Shown piece after piece: positions 35,827 through 45,773 of a stretch of DNA of 64,000 nucleotides. How positions within the stretch are numbered: the stretch's first letter is position 1; every line of letters starts with the position of its first letter. Source of the DNA: a virus (lineage: Duplodnaviria > Caudoviricetes); IMG/VR virus record IMGVR_UViG_3300012018_000002, positions 32,001 through 96,000 of that record; one strand, given 5' to 3'. Under the pieces are notes generated by a model. The model ran no database searches. It was not told the origin of the DNA and saw only the letters and a program-made list of their open reading frames with translations. Made by a program: the position numbers and the translations under genes.

Positions 35827-37149
35827 ATGCATTCAAGTGTAAAAGTAGAAAAAATTCTTGTTGCTTCTGGAAACCAAGCTCTTGTAGCTCCAGGAACCTC
35901 ATTAATTAATTCTTCTACTGGCGTATTTAACATTGCCAGTGGACAAATAGGTATCTTTGCAGATGGCAATGGAAACCTTACAAAAGATACAGCATTAGGT
36001 CCTGGAGATGACACAAATGATGCTCCTGGTATCTATATTGTTCAAGGAACAAGTGATTCTGCTGCTCCAAAAGCATCAATAGGAATTACTCCTCTTCCTA
36101 TGAGAGCTGTAGAAAAATCTCAGTTTATCTTAAAAAATGGAGTATATCAATACAGAGGTGCTTCTTATGCTGCTCCTACTCATTCAACTTGGGTTATTGG
36201 TAGAAAAGATGGAACTTCTGGACAGATTAACGTAAGCTCAGAAAAAAGATATTCTTTTAGTATCGCTTTTGATGGTAGGAGAGTAGACGTATTAAATGGT
36301 AGAAATCAACCAGCTTTCTATCCTGACTTTACAACTCCTGATTTTACAGAAGAAGGAATTACAACTACTGTAACAAAAAGAGATTACTTGCTAACTTATT
36401 TAGCTTTTGCAGCTAATCAGGAATCAAGACTTTATCCTGGTAATCCTGGTGGTGGAGACTTTATTTGTCTTGCTATTAGTGAAACAGGAACAGGTTCAGG
36501 AACTGCAATTTCTGGTATGTCAGCAGGAAATTATAACATTGGATATGATGGTAATGGTAATGTTATTACTGTAGCTTTTACTGCAGATATGGTTACTTCA
36601 TTAAAAGAAGCTATCGTAGCTAATGGTGGTCCTTTGGATAACACTTCAGAGCTTGTAACTTATAACAAAGCTACTGCAGGTGGAGGAACTACTCAAGTAG
36701 ATGTATTAGCTTTCATGGCTTTAGATTCTCCTACTGCTTATTTTGATAGAATTCCTCAAGTTAAGTCAAGACTTAAAGTTGGACCAGTTGAAGGATTTAA
36801 CTCATTAGTTTATAAATCAGAAGTATGTAAAGCATACGAAGGTGAAGGAATTGGTAGAGCTTGGAAAATCTTCTATGAATCTACTGATGAATTAAGAAAA
36901 TTTGCTTCTGAGCAATCTCCTTCTGCATATGCAATTCAATATAGTTCACCAATTGCGGGAACAGAAACTTTTGATGCATATACAATTTATCATGCTCAAC
37001 CTGATTTTGCAACTAATGGTGCAAAAACTGAACATCCTTGTATGACTATTATTCTAAATCCTGTAGGAGATACAACTACTACAGCAGCTTTGGAAGCAGT
37101 TCTTAATCCTTGGATGATTTCTGCAGGTCAATTAGCCGTTAACCTTTAA
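35827..37149 (+). CDS. Structural protein (auxiliary capsid-like)
   Basis: 440 aa Gly/Ala/Thr-rich, in the structural operon. Confidence 0.55.
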   Translation: MHSSVKVEKILVASGNQALVAPGTSLINSSTGVFNIASGQIGIFADGNGNLTKDTALGPGDDTNDAPGIYIVQGTSDSAAPKASIGITPLPMRAVEKSQFILKNGVYQYRGASYAAPTHSTWVIGRKDGTSGQINVSSEKRYSFSIAFDGRRVDVLNGRNQPAFYPDFTTPDFTEEGITTTVTKRDYLLTYLAFAANQESRLYPGNPGGGDFICLAISETGTGSGTAISGMSAGNYNIGYDGNGNVITVAFTADMVTSLKEAIVANGGPLDNTSELVTYNKATAGGGTTQVDVLAFMALDSPTAYFDRIPQVKSRLKVGPVEGFNSLVYKSEVCKAYEGEGIGRAWKIFYESTDELRKFASEQSPSAYAIQYSSPIAGTETFDAYTIYHAQPDFATNGAKTEHPCMTIILNPVGDTTTTAALEAVLNPWMISAGQLAVNL

Positions 37150-37160
37150 TCTTTTTTAAT

Positions 37161-37526
37161 ATGAATGTAAGAACAATTTCTGTAATTTACGATGGTTCTA
37201 TTGATGGCTATGCCCAAGGAACTATTACACCTAGACATACAAAGACTCTTCCTAAGAATGCAAGAGTTACTGCAGTAAGAACAATCTCTGATGTTGATAT
37301 GACATCTGGTGGTTCTGCTACTTTAGAACTTTTATGTGGTGCAATTAGCTTAGTTTCTGCTTTAGCTTATAACAACGCTGACTGGACAACTACTACAAGG
37401 TCTCTAGCATTAGCAGGTTCTGCAGAAGCTATTGATATTACTACAGCAGGTCAAATTAAAGTAGCTGTTGCTACTGCTGATTTAACTGCAGGTAAAGTAA
37501 GATTCTTTATTGACTACGTAGTTTAA
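37161..37526 (+). CDS. Small beta-sandwich structural/decoration protein
   Basis: LPKNA.V...SGGSAT...DLTAGKVRFFIDY pattern. Confidence 0.55.
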   Translation: MNVRTISVIYDGSIDGYAQGTITPRHTKTLPKNARVTAVRTISDVDMTSGGSATLELLCGAISLVSALAYNNADWTTTTRSLALAGSAEAIDITTAGQIKVAVATADLTAGKVRFFIDYVV

Positions 37527-37547
37527 TAATAAACAAATTTGCTAACT

Positions 37548-37593
37548 AAAAGGCAGACAGGCTCTCTTATTGAGGTGTGTGTCTGCCTTTTTT
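37548..37593 (+). terminator. Intrinsic terminator
   Basis: AAAAGGCAGACA/TGTCTGCCTTTT stem followed by a T-run. Confidence 0.7.
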
Positions 37594-37605
37594 AATAACT
37601 AAAAA

Positions 37606-38160
37606 ATGGATAAACTTTATATTGGTAAAAACATTGATGTAAGTGGTGCAACTTCTCGCTTATTCAAAAACAGTGAAACAAAAATTGAATTGGTTTCTAC
37701 TGTTCAAACAATCTTAGAAGAAAATGGGGTATCTACTCCTAAATTTGATGTAATCTCAGAACTTAATGCCGCAGAAGGTGTTACTGCAGATGGTGTTCTT
37801 TTTAAAGACGGTGGAGTTAGTGCAAACTCAATGTATGCAGCTTTCTTTCCTACAGCAGCAGCTCAAGCTTTAACAGGAGCAGGTGCATGTAACGTAACTT
37901 CTTATTTAACTAAGTTTACATCTTCAGGAGCAGCACAAGCTTTGACTCTTGCTTCTGGAACTCAAATTGGTCAAAGAAAAAAAGTAGTTCACGTATCAGA
38001 TGGTGGTTCAGGTGTTTTGACAGCAGTATTTACTGGTGGAACAACTATTACCTTCACTACTGTAGGTGAATTTGCAGATTTAATGTGGACAGGTTCTGAA
38101 TGGTCAGTTCTTGAATTGGGTAATACCGCAACTCCTGGAACTCCTCCTGTATTAGCATAA
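37606..38160 (+). CDS. Head/tail fibre-like structural protein
   Basis: GVTADGVLFKDG repeat-type motif; C-terminal LTLASG..GQ.K....L.W.G.EW tip. Confidence 0.55.
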   Translation: MDKLYIGKNIDVSGATSRLFKNSETKIELVSTVQTILEENGVSTPKFDVISELNAAEGVTADGVLFKDGGVSANSMYAAFFPTAAAQALTGAGACNVTSYLTKFTSSGAAQALTLASGTQIGQRKKVVHVSDGGSGVLTAVFTGGTTITFTTVGEFADLMWTGSEWSVLELGNTATPGTPPVLA

Positions 38161-38185
38161 TTCATTAAGGTTAATAATTAACATA

Positions 38186-38443
38186 ATGAACTTAATAAAA
38201 AAAATTGACTATTTTTGTATGAATAACCTAGATGTAAAATTTGCATTTTTATCACTTGTAAGTTATACAGTAAGTAAAGTAACAGGTTTTGTATCAGCTA
38301 CAGCTAGTATTAATTTGAAAGATACTTGGCATTTTCAAGCATTGCAAGAACTAGCTTTTTTAGCTGCTATAGTTTCAACTATTATTGCTGCATTATCTTT
38401 TCATAAAAATGTGATAAAGAAATCTAAGAAAAAAAATGAGTAA
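38186..38443 (+). CDS. Small membrane protein, holin-like
   Basis: Hydrophobic segments and a basic C-terminus. Confidence 0.45.
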   Translation: MNLIKKIDYFCMNNLDVKFAFLSLVSYTVSKVTGFVSATASINLKDTWHFQALQELAFLAAIVSTIIAALSFHKNVIKKSKKKNE

Positions 38444-39635
38444 ATACTTTAGAAATATTAGTGGAGATGAAGAAGATTCTCTTTGGATACCAACTAATGT
38501 TGGTAGATATGCTTCAACTCTTGATGAGAATAAGTGGATTGACCTTGATGCAAGATTTGCAAGGGTAGGCACTGAATACACAGGAGTTGAAGGTTCTGTT
38601 ATTTTTGTAGGTGAAGATACTTACCTTGATGAAGATAATCCATATTTTTTCTACGATAAAACAAATAACAGAGTAGGTCTTGGAGTTAATTCAGGACTTA
38701 CTGCAAGATTAAATTTTCTTTCAGGAACTACAGCAGCAGCAGGGATTGCATTTGGTTCAGACGTAACTTTATACAGATTTGCTGCTGATATCCTGAAGAC
38801 AGATGATACTTTTGAAGTAGGGGCAAATTTTAGATTTCCTAATACAACTACCCTTGGTGCTAATGGAGTATTCTATAAAGCAGGAACAAGATTTTTACAT
38901 GCCTATGGAACAAACAATATATTCCTGGGTCAAGGTTCAGGTAATTTTACATTATCTGGAGGTTCAGGAAGTAATATAGGTATTGGAACTAATACTTTAA
39001 TTGCATTAACTTCTGGACAATTTAATATTGTAATAGGGACAAATAATGGTCAATCATTAACTACAGGTAGTTCAAATACATTAATTGGATTACAGTGTGG
39101 AAGATATATAACTGGTAGTTATAATACTGCATTAGGAGATGGTGCACTGTATGGAGTAATTGGTTCTAATACAGCAGCTTCCAATGTTGCTATTGGTAGA
39201 AATATTGGAAACTTAGTAACTACAGCAGCTAATAATACTGTTGTAGGAACATCTGCAGCAGAAGGATTAACTACTGGAAGTAATAATGTTTTTATAGGAT
39301 TTCAAGTAGCTAATGAAACAGGTGTTACAGGAAGTAATAATATTGTAATTGGTTATGATATAGATTTACCAACAGTATCTACATCAAACTATTTATCAAT
39401 TGGTAATATTATTTATGGAACAGTAAACACAGGACAAGTATCGGTTGGGGTTAGTTCTCAAGTTGCTTCTGCTATTTTACAAGTAGATTCTACTGTAAGA
39501 GGATTCCTTCCTCCAAGAATGACAACTGCTCAAAGAAATGCTATATCTGCACCAGAAGAAGGATTAGAAGTATATGACTTAACATTACATAAAAAATTTG
39601 TATATGATGGAACAACCTGGCAAGGATGCTGGTAA
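38436..39635 (+). CDS. Tail fibre/spike protein with N-x-x-I-G beta-roll repeats
   Basis: Repeated LTTG..N..IG units; terminal GFLPPRMTTAQR...GL.VYD...YDGTTW. Confidence 0.72.
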   Translation: MSKYFRNISGDEEDSLWIPTNVGRYASTLDENKWIDLDARFARVGTEYTGVEGSVIFVGEDTYLDEDNPYFFYDKTNNRVGLGVNSGLTARLNFLSGTTAAAGIAFGSDVTLYRFAADILKTDDTFEVGANFRFPNTTTLGANGVFYKAGTRFLHAYGTNNIFLGQGSGNFTLSGGSGSNIGIGTNTLIALTSGQFNIVIGTNNGQSLTTGSSNTLIGLQCGRYITGSYNTALGDGALYGVIGSNTAASNVAIGRNIGNLVTTAANNTVVGTSAAEGLTTGSNNVFIGFQVANETGVTGSNNIVIGYDIDLPTVSTSNYLSIGNIIYGTVNTGQVSVGVSSQVASAILQVDSTVRGFLPPRMTTAQRNAISAPEEGLEVYDLTLHKKFVYDGTTWQGCW

Positions 39636-39809
39636 TATAACAGTAGAACAAGCCAAATTATTTCTTGAAGAAGAAAGAAAGATTAGATTAAACGAAGCTA
39701 TAAAAGCTTTAGATGAATTAAAAAGAAAATATAGTGTAGATATTGATGTAGTAATATCATACAATCCAGAAGATGGATTTAAGAAAAATTTAATTTTAAT
39801 TGACAAACT

Positions 39810-41402
39810 ATGATGACAGGATTTAATGGAGAAAACTGGTTTGATGCACAAGATGAATTATCTAAACAATGGGTAATTGATGCAATACCAGAAGGTAAAA
39901 CTTTTACTTTAAGATTTAGAGCTGACAAGCCAGATGTTAAAGCAGAAGATGTATATAAACTTATTGATTTAAGTGATTCATTTAAAAGAGCTAATAAATT
40001 CTTAAAAGTAATTTATTGTGCTAATATTGGTTATCCTACAAGTTCTGTAGAGACAGAGATGACTAATTTAAGTTTTTTAAAAGAAGCAGGTGTAGATGTA
40101 GTAGCTGTTGAATTTGGTAATGAGGTATATGCAGGTAGTAGAGCAAACTTTGATTTTAATTTATATAAAATCTGGTTTGAACCACTAAGAGTAGAAATTG
40201 AAAATGAATATCCTGGTTTACCTTGTTTAGTATTCTTAGCACCTAGAGCTAAAGATTCTGGTGTATTAGGAGGAAGAACAGACCACAAAGATTTTAACGA
40301 TGCTGCTATTACCTATATAAATAGTAAATCTAATTTACATCCAACAGTGCACATCTATCTTAATGATAGAGAGTGTCCAGTTAGTGTAACTTCTCCAGAG
40401 AAGATTACATATGAACCTGGTGTAGAATATCCTGCTTTGACAGAATATTATACAACATTGCTAAATCAAGCAATTGAAAATTTAGATAATTTATGGGAAA
40501 GCACATTAAATTATATAACAACAAAATGTCCTGGTAAACAACTTTACATTACAGAATGGGGATTTGATAATTATGGTGATATTAAAAACACTATGTCCAC
40601 TGGAATTGTTGCTTGGATAATCTGGAATAAATATGGTAGAGATAGTAGAATAACTGCTTTACTACAACATAATGGTATATCAAAAGCTGGTCCAGGAATG
40701 ATATTTCCTGTTCATCCTAAGAATGATACACCAGAACCTAATGGAGGATTAAATAAAAGAAGAATTGATTATTTTGTTTATCAGTTATATAGAGAGTTAG
40801 ATGATTACACACAGTCTAATGTTTCTATTCTTTATCCTGGTAAATACTATTCAATAATGGAAAATACCCCTTCATTAATAGATGACAAACTAGTAATTAC
40901 TTCATCTAAAACACGAATAATAGGTGGACAATTTATTTACTCTTCTGCTGGTGCTACTGAATGGATGGCAAAAAACTCAACTCCTAGCTATGAAGTTAGT
41001 GGTATATCTGATACATTAAACTTTGTTATTATATCATATACTACTTATGAAGTTAGTCAGGTGTTACCTGTAAATGTTCCACCAGTAGCAATTGTTAGTG
41101 GAATTACTAAATGTTATGAAGGAGATAAAATAAGCTTTTCAGGACAAAATTCATTTGATGATGATGGTAGTATAGTTGATTATACTTGGTATGATTACAA
41201 AGGTGCTGTTGTTTCTAATAGTGTAACTTGTAATGTAACTGCTCCTTCTGCTGGAACTTACTCTTATTTATTAGTAGTTACTGATAATCAAGGAGCTAAA
41301 GGTAATGCAAATATAGAAGTAGTAGTAACTAAAAAACCAATTGTTAAACCTAGACCTTGGTATTGTTCAGTGTTTCCTTGGTTAAAATCTTGTAAAGTAT
41401 GA
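39810..41402 (+). CDS. GH-A clan glycoside hydrolase-like protein with C-terminal PKD domain
   Basis: EFGNE acid/base and YITEWG nucleophile; PKD: PPVA...SFDDDGSIVDYTW...GTY..L.VTDNQGA. Confidence 0.7.
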   Translation: MMTGFNGENWFDAQDELSKQWVIDAIPEGKTFTLRFRADKPDVKAEDVYKLIDLSDSFKRANKFLKVIYCANIGYPTSSVETEMTNLSFLKEAGVDVVAVEFGNEVYAGSRANFDFNLYKIWFEPLRVEIENEYPGLPCLVFLAPRAKDSGVLGGRTDHKDFNDAAITYINSKSNLHPTVHIYLNDRECPVSVTSPEKITYEPGVEYPALTEYYTTLLNQAIENLDNLWESTLNYITTKCPGKQLYITEWGFDNYGDIKNTMSTGIVAWIIWNKYGRDSRITALLQHNGISKAGPGMIFPVHPKNDTPEPNGGLNKRRIDYFVYQLYRELDDYTQSNVSILYPGKYYSIMENTPSLIDDKLVITSSKTRIIGGQFIYSSAGATEWMAKNSTPSYEVSGISDTLNFVIISYTTYEVSQVLPVNVPPVAIVSGITKCYEGDKISFSGQNSFDDDGSIVDYTWYDYKGAVVSNSVTCNVTAPSAGTYSYLLVVTDNQGAKGNANIEVVVTKKPIVKPRPWYCSVFPWLKSCKV

Positions 41403-41584
41403 CTTTAAAATTATCACGTAGAGAAAGAATGACTTATATAGGATTAGTATTAATCCTTGCATTTGGTGTAGTTGCTATGTTTAAAGATTGTTCTTTGATA
41501 GAAGCAACTGCATTTACTTCTCCTTTAATTGGTATGTTAGGTTGGTATCTAAAATTAGAGACTGACCGTAAATCTGATATATAA
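41399..41584 (+). CDS. Small two-TM membrane protein, holin-like
   Basis: Two hydrophobic helices, 61 aa. Confidence 0.5.
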   Translation: MTLKLSRRERMTYIGLVLILAFGVVAMFKDCSLIEATAFTSPLIGMLGWYLKLETDRKSDI

Positions 41585-42159
41585 TGGCATTAATAGCAAA
41601 ATCAACAGTATCTTTATCTTGTGATGGTGAATCTTTTTTATTCACTGAAACTACAGGTGCATATAATGTAAGCACTAATCCTGGGGGATATGGTGCACCA
41701 AATGCTGCATTAGCAGATTGCACAGCTACTTTAGTAATAACTAATGATAGCACTGATGTAGAATATGATAGTATTACAATGACACCTTCAAGCTCAAATG
41801 GAGCTACTTTAATTGAGCTTGAAGATATTTTATTAGATGGTGTAGAGTTAACTGCTATTGAAGATGGCGTATGGAAGTTTCTTTATACTGTGACAAGTGC
41901 TTCAGTTAATTATACATCTGAAGTAAAAGTATTGGTTATTAAATCAATAAACTGTAGTTTAGTAGAACTTGCTCATAAATATTCTGATGATTCTTGTGGT
42001 TGTTGTAATAATAAAGATTTTAGAGATTATTTACTAACTGCTTATGCTAAATGGTTAGCTTTAACTATGTCACCTATTTGTGGTGATGTAGCAAAAATAG
42101 ATACACAAAGAGAATCCTTAGAAGATTATCTTAAAGAAATAAATTGTAAAAATTGTTAA
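41584..42159 (+). CDS. Structural protein (tail hub-like) with Cys-rich C-terminus
   Basis: TGAY...NPGGYGAPN, DGVW...YTV, CGCC, CKNC. Confidence 0.55.
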   Translation: MALIAKSTVSLSCDGESFLFTETTGAYNVSTNPGGYGAPNAALADCTATLVITNDSTDVEYDSITMTPSSSNGATLIELEDILLDGVELTAIEDGVWKFLYTVTSASVNYTSEVKVLVIKSINCSLVELAHKYSDDSCGCCNNKDFRDYLLTAYAKWLALTMSPICGDVAKIDTQRESLEDYLKEINCKNC

Positions 42160-42160
42160 T

Positions 42161-42748
42161 ATGTGCTTAGATTGCGGATGTAATTCAATAACTATAAACT
42201 CAGGAGCTACTGGAGCTGCTGGTCCTGCAGGAGCTGATGGTGCTCCTGGTGTAGTAATTTTAACTAGAGATACTACTGCTTATACAACAGCTAGTTCAGC
42301 TTCATTTGAAGCATTATGGTCATATACTATTGCTGCTGATACATTAGAAGCTAATGGTGATGAAGTATGGTATAAGATTAGTGCTAAAGCAGGTGACTCT
42401 TCTGTAGGTGTATTTGATGAGTTTAAAATCAAATTCAATGGAACAGCTTTAACTAACCCTACTACTTCTTATATTGGAGCATTAACTTCTACTTATAAAG
42501 CACCTTATGTGTCAAGTGAGTTATTAACTATTACAGTAAGAATAGTTAGATTAAGTGCTACTACAGTTAGAATATTTCTTTATCTTGAAGCTAATTATGG
42601 TAACTCAAGACAAGACTTATATGCTACTTCAACAGCAGCAAATAACTTAGATAGTTCTACTAATAGTATAGCATTGGAAGTTTCTAGTGCTGATACTGCA
42701 GGAAGTATAGTAGTATATGACCAAGTAATTTATAAATTAATACAATAA
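42161..42748 (+). CDS. Fibre protein with short collagen-like repeat
   Basis: MCLDCGC start, GATGAAGPAGADGAPG. Confidence 0.65.
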   Translation: MCLDCGCNSITINSGATGAAGPAGADGAPGVVILTRDTTAYTTASSASFEALWSYTIAADTLEANGDEVWYKISAKAGDSSVGVFDEFKIKFNGTALTNPTTSYIGALTSTYKAPYVSSELLTITVRIVRLSATTVRIFLYLEANYGNSRQDLYATSTAANNLDSSTNSIALEVSSADTAGSIVVYDQVIYKLIQ

Positions 42749-43812
42749 TGCTTAACTCAAAAACTTTAGCTTTAACTACTTCAACTGCATTACTTGCACA
42801 TGAAGTAAATATAACATATTATACTACTTGTTCATTGAATTTAAATGGACAAGGACATATTGCTATTACAGCATCTGGAACTCCTAAAGAGGGAACAGTA
42901 AATACTTTTATATGTAATTTCTCTACAACTAACTATTCAGAAGGTGTAGATGACATTACTTTTTATGGATTTACTTTACCTGCAGAATTAGCAGCTAAAA
43001 CTTTTTATGTTGTAGCTTCTTATAATGCTGCTGCTTGGAGAGTAATGTTTTTACCTTCCCTTCAGAACACAGGATTAATAGATACAGGATTATTAGCTAG
43101 TGATGCAGTAACCACTGTTAAAATAGATGATGATGCAGTAACTACAGCTAAGATATTAGATGCAAATGTAACTACAGCTAAGATTGCTGATGATAATGTT
43201 ACACTTGCAAAAATACAAGATATTGCTGATGATACTATTTTAGGTAATGTTTCAGGTGGTTCATCTTCTCCTGCTGCTTTAGATGCAGAAGATGTTAGAA
43301 CTTTATTAGACCAAGATGTTACTCTAACAGGACATGTTACTGGTACAGCTACACAGACTTTTGCAACAGGAGATACTTCTATATCTACTACTATTAGTAA
43401 TAATACTATTACAGTAGCTATGTGTACTAATACAGTTAATACTGATTTAGTAACTATTCCAATATCTTTAGAATCTAACGCTTTAACTGCTGGAGATGCT
43501 TACATAGCCGTTAAAGTTCCGTATGCTTGTACAGTAGAAGAATGGGGTTTCTCAGTAACTTCTTTAATAGAAGCTACAGATAATGCTACTATATCTTTAT
43601 ATAATACAGCCGGTACTTTAATGGGAAGTTCATCAGTAACAGTAACTAAAAATACTAAACCTTCAACTTCTGCTGCTGGTGGTTCCTTTTTTAACTCTTC
43701 TAGTATAACCTCTAATAACAGTGTTTCTACTGGTAATATATTTTATATAAGAGTGCAGAAGACTACTGCTGGAGGTCAAGGATTTGCTAATATTAAAATT
43801 AAACGAGCTTAA
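42748..43812 (+). CDS. Tail fibre protein with D-x-A-VTT-x-KI repeats
   Basis: Four or five tandem 10-aa repeats, visible at DNA level (~43100-43230). Confidence 0.7.
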   Translation: MLNSKTLALTTSTALLAHEVNITYYTTCSLNLNGQGHIAITASGTPKEGTVNTFICNFSTTNYSEGVDDITFYGFTLPAELAAKTFYVVASYNAAAWRVMFLPSLQNTGLIDTGLLASDAVTTVKIDDDAVTTAKILDANVTTAKIADDNVTLAKIQDIADDTILGNVSGGSSSPAALDAEDVRTLLDQDVTLTGHVTGTATQTFATGDTSISTTISNNTITVAMCTNTVNTDLVTIPISLESNALTAGDAYIAVKVPYACTVEEWGFSVTSLIEATDNATISLYNTAGTLMGSSSVTVTKNTKPSTSAAGGSFFNSSSITSNNSVSTGNIFYIRVQKTTAGGQGFANIKIKRA

Positions 43813-44075
43813 TGGCGCAGATAATCTGGTATTTAAAAATTCAAGATAATTTAGTTAAGTATAAAGATAGATTCTTTAAACCTACTAAATACTTAAATTT
43901 AAAGGAATACATTGAAGATATTGCAGGTAGCGCATTAGGAACTAATGTAAATGTGACTAGTGGAACTATTACTTCTAATTATTCATTATCTGCAGGACAT
44001 ACAATGAGAATTACTACAGCTAAAACAACTGCTGGTGGTAAAGGGTTATTGTCAATTAAAGTTCAAAGAACATAA
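43812..44075 (+). CDS. Small protein whose C-terminus resembles the C-terminus of the upstream fibre
   Basis: ITSNYSLSAG...KTTAGGKG...IKVQRT versus ITSNNSVSTG...KTTAGGQG...IKIKRA. Confidence 0.6.
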   Translation: MAQIIWYLKIQDNLVKYKDRFFKPTKYLNLKEYIEDIAGSALGTNVNVTSGTITSNYSLSAGHTMRITTAKTTAGGKGLLSIKVQRT

Positions 44076-44350
44076 TGGAACAACAGGGAATAATTGATTT
44101 TGATTTTAATAATGAAGAAAGTAGTGTTGAGTTTGTATTAAGAGCAATTAATGTTACTCCTTTAAATTTTAATTATATTAATTTTCTTTCTGTAAGTAAT
44201 GATGACCATGATACAGAAGATAGTATCGTAGAACAAATAAAAATAGAAATAAAACAAATAAGAAATAATACTATAACATTAATAGCTTTTGCACCAAATC
44301 AAGCTTCTAATGTTTATAGTTTTAAATATACTTTAAACTATGGCGATTAA
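44075..44350 (+). CDS. Hypothetical structural-module protein
   Basis: 91 aa, coupled. Confidence 0.6.
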   Translation: MEQQGIIDFDFNNEESSVEFVLRAINVTPLNFNYINFLSVSNDDHDTEDSIVEQIKIEIKQIRNNTITLIAFAPNQASNVYSFKYTLNYGD

Positions 44351-45773
44351 AATTACAGGTAATACAGGAGGAGTAGTAGAAACTAGTAATAACTATTTAC
44401 ATGTTAAAACACCTAGTAACTTAGATGACTCAGGTTATGTAAGTTTAGTTGCTGAAGCTGACCCTGGTGAAATAATAGATAAAACTGTAAGACCTTTAGA
44501 CCCTTCTCTTGATTATCGTTTAAGAGTAGGTGTTGATAATCTTTTATGGGATGATACTTTTAATTACACTGCATTAAATACATCGGTATATCAAGGAGTA
44601 ACTTCTACTATGACAATTACTTTGTCAGGAGGAGCTTTAAACTTAAATGCTGGTAATGCTGTAGCTGCTTCTAACGTAGCTAGAGTTCAGTCATATAAAA
44701 CATTTCCTTGTTTAGGTTCATTTCCTACTTATATAGATTATTGGTTTAAAATTTCAGCAGCAGCTCCTGCTAATGGTATTGCAGAATTTGGAGTAGGATA
44801 TGCAGCTACTACCGCTACTCCTTTAGACGGAGTTTATTTTAAAATAGATAATGGAATTCTAAAAGGTGTTACTAATTATAATGGTGTAGAAACCTCAGTT
44901 ACTTTATTAAATTCTATTGAAATTAATACTGTTTATCACGGACTTATCTGTATAACAAATGATTTAGTAGAATTTTGGATAGATGTGGATTCAATTCCAA
45001 TTAAATTTGGAGAATTATCCAGACAAACTGCAAACAGTGGTCATAGTATGAACACTCATTTGCCTTTATTAATGAGGCAATATAATGGATTAGGAGGAGC
45101 CTCATCTGCTTTCCAAGTTCAAATACATAAAGTAACAGTTACTTTAGGAGATGCTAATAATATAAGACTTTGGCAGAATGTAGTTTCAGGTATGGGGTTA
45201 GGAACTTTAGGTTCTCCTCATGGTGCAGCAGCAGGACAATTAGCTAACTATGCTAACTCTGCAGCTCCAGCATCAGCATCTCTTTCAAATACAGCAGCAG
45301 GTTATACTACTCTTGGAGGACAATTTCAATTTGCAGCAGTAGCAGGTGCAGAAACAGATTATGCTTTATTTGCATATTTAGTTCCTGCAGGTTCCACAAC
45401 TCAACCAGCAAGAAATTTAATGATTACTGGTGTAACTATTTACTCATATAATATGGGTGCTGCAGTAGCTACAACTCCTACTCTATTACAATGGGGATTA
45501 GGATTAGGTTCTACTGGTGTATCTCTTGCAGTAGCAGATTCTGCAACAGCAGGAACTAGAGCACCTAAAAGAATTATGTTAGGAGTTCAAAATATGATTG
45601 TAGCAACTCCTGTAGGAGGAACAGCAGATAGAGAAATTAATATACAATTTGGAACACCTCTACCAGTAGAAGCAGGAACTTATTGTCATGTAATATTAAA
45701 AATGCCAGTAGGCACAGCGACAGCTTCTCAAATAATTAGAGGAACAGTAATGATAAACGGATACTTTGAATAA
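44340..45773 (+). CDS. Beta-rich virion/spike protein
   Basis: 477 aa Ala/Thr/Gly-rich. Confidence 0.6.
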   Translation: MAIKITGNTGGVVETSNNYLHVKTPSNLDDSGYVSLVAEADPGEIIDKTVRPLDPSLDYRLRVGVDNLLWDDTFNYTALNTSVYQGVTSTMTITLSGGALNLNAGNAVAASNVARVQSYKTFPCLGSFPTYIDYWFKISAAAPANGIAEFGVGYAATTATPLDGVYFKIDNGILKGVTNYNGVETSVTLLNSIEINTVYHGLICITNDLVEFWIDVDSIPIKFGELSRQTANSGHSMNTHLPLLMRQYNGLGGASSAFQVQIHKVTVTLGDANNIRLWQNVVSGMGLGTLGSPHGAAAGQLANYANSAAPASASLSNTAAGYTTLGGQFQFAAVAGAETDYALFAYLVPAGSTTQPARNLMITGVTIYSYNMGAAVATTPTLLQWGLGLGSTGVSLAVADSATAGTRAPKRIMLGVQNMIVATPVGGTADREINIQFGTPLPVEAGTYCHVILKMPVGTATASQIIRGTVMINGYFE

